NCBI RefSeq assembly: GCF_006345805.1
Contig: NC_043009.1
Location: 50,592,001-50,656,000, forward strand
From: Octopus sinensis
Lineage: Eukaryota
Direction: 5' to 3'
DNA: 64,000 bases
Shown: in pieces, positions 62,276-64,000 of the stretch
Layout: the number at the start of each line of letters is the position of its first letter
Numbering within the stretch: the first letter of the stretch is position 1
Program-made: the position numbers and the translations under genes
Notes under the pieces: model-generated
Told to the model about the DNA's origin: nothing
The model's database searches: none
What the model saw: only the letters and a program-made list of their open reading frames with translations

Positions 62276-63757
62276 CGTGAACACACACGCTCCCTCATAT
62301 ATTACACATGCAAGTAAACACAAAAAAATTTAAACAGAAATAAGACATTGTTTAAAAAACAGAAACATCTCTCTCTTTCTCATTCTCACTGTCCCTTTTT
62401 CTCTCTCACACATACTTTCCTTTTTCTCTCTCTCCCCTAAATTAAAATTAAAAATTTAAGCAAAGTCCAAGCATTGCTAAAGGATACTCTCAAGAGTCCT
62501 AATTTGGAAGGGATTTTAACCTTTTTAAAATTTGGGTCATAATTAGAGGACATTTTTGGCATTCTAGACTAACAAATATTAATTTATGCTCTCTCCCTCC
62601 CTCTCTCTCTATCTCCCTCTCTCTCTCTCTCTCTAAATTGTTATTTCCTAAAATGTTTAAAATTTAAAATAAGTTGTCTTTCGGTTATTCCCAATGTTCA
62701 GATGGAGACTTAGCCATGACAGCAAGCCAGGGGACACACAGAATTGCACAGACAAAGGGAAAGGGCAACTGTCAGACGAGCATAGGCAATGTGGAATATT
62801 TGACAAACATTTTTTATTCATAAATTTAAAACCAAAAAAAAAAAAACAAAACAAAATTACTTCATTTAATTTAACTATCCATGGGTCACAAATAAAGGAA
62901 TCCACTGGGCACTGGGTAGAAAAACTGAATGTAAAATATTTTAATTATATAATGAAACTTGAGATGACACAAGGGGTGAATAGGAAGATGAAGAAACGAG
63001 AGAATAAATAAAACATAGTGAATGGGAAAACGGTAATGAAAAGAAATGAAAAAAAGAAATAATGGAATACTAAATGATATTGTTGAATTAAAATTTCAAA
63101 TATTGAAGAATATGCGAGATGAAAATGAATTTTATAAGCCAGAAGAATGTTGGACTAACAGCGAAAATTACGAGCGATTAATCACCAGTTTTAGCCTCAA
63201 GAGTCGCAGGTGACTGACATGGTAAGGTCAACTTACCAAACAGTTAATGGTTCGTGTTCTGCCAACAGTACCGTGGTATGCTATGTCCCTTTTTATTTTT
63301 TCCTGAACCCTAAGATTCATAAGGCGGACTACTCGGTTTCCATGACGTATAAGTAATCGAGATTATAGCATCCCCGGCTTAAAGGGATGCCGGCCCGTTG
63401 CAGTGTTCAAGGCTAGCAATTTTGAGGGAGGAGACAAGCCGATTGACCCCTAGTACTTGATTGGTACTCTGAAAGGATGAAAGGCAAATTTTTTCTTCTA
63501 CAAGATTTAAACACAAAATGGAAAAAGAACTGCGGGTCTACCTCATTACCTGGGGTAGCAGTATGGTCTGTCTTTAGACATTTTTTAAAGCTGTTACTTG
63601 ACATTTGCAACATTTACACGTTGCGAGACGACTATCTCAAGATTAGTAGTAACTAAGTTTTCGCTACTACAGTGTTGATAGTACCAACATAAAGAAGTAA
63701 TAAACAACAACATCATTATGTTTGATTATGCTTCTATTTAGTTTTTATATGTGTGTG

Positions 63758-64000
63758 AGGGCGCGTGGCTAGGTGGTTAGGGCATTCGGATCATGATCGT
63801 AAGGTTGTGAGTTCGATTCCCGGCGACGCGTTGTGTCCTTGAGCAAGAACTTATTTCACGTTGCTCCAGTCACCAGCTGGCCAAAATGAGTTGTACTTGT
63901 ATTTCAAGGGTCAGCCTTGTCACACTCTCTGTGTCACGCTGATATCCCCGAAACTACATAAGGGTACACGTGTCTGTGGAATGCTCAGCCATTTGCACGT
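63758..64000 (+). mobile_element. SINE family D (tRNA head plus CORE-like domain), runs off the window end
   Basis: GGCGCGTGGCTAGGTGGTTAGGG...GAGTTCGATTCCCGG...TTGTGTCCTTGAGCAAG..CTTATTTCACGTTGCTCCAGT..CAGCTGG.CAAAATGAG. Confidence 0.85.

Noticed and set aside
53029-64000. tRNA genes at SINE heads (53029, 60341, 63758)
   Set aside because: A/B boxes are present but there is no complete cloverleaf or acceptor stem, and they continue into SINE bodies

Overview
AT-rich, microsatellite-dense animal genomic DNA. The repeat complement (several tRNA-derived SINE families, RTE LINEs with (GAT)n or (GA)n tails, mariners, TA-associated Penelope-like pieces) makes an octopus/coleoid cephalopod the likely source (inference from pattern recognition, no database search). 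I find no intact protein-coding gene: almost all ORF-track entries are microsatellite, SINE or antisense artefacts. The only clearly recognisable coding relics are two mellifera-type mariner transposases and three RTE LINE fragments. Unique sequence left of ~46 kb is CpG-poor, with purine-rich tracts on the + strand, while the right part keeps its CpGs. This fits a methylated minus-strand gene body (long introns) whose 5' end lies near 46-50 kb. Top observations: (1) a candidate recursive splice site on the minus strand (branch point, poly-Y, TAG|GTAAGT) with a 35-nt all-frame-stop RS-exon at ~24.95 kb, a second such site at 49.5 kb, and two candidate micro-exons; (2) a near-perfect 324-bp fold-back RTE element with a tail at both ends; (3) a multi-hairpin structured island at 12.4 kb; (4) hammerhead-ribozyme motifs, including an oddly permuted one at 58.3 kb; (5) templated duplications and a SINE chimera that record DNA repair events. 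SINE family labels A-F are my own working names, and many repeat boundaries are approximate.
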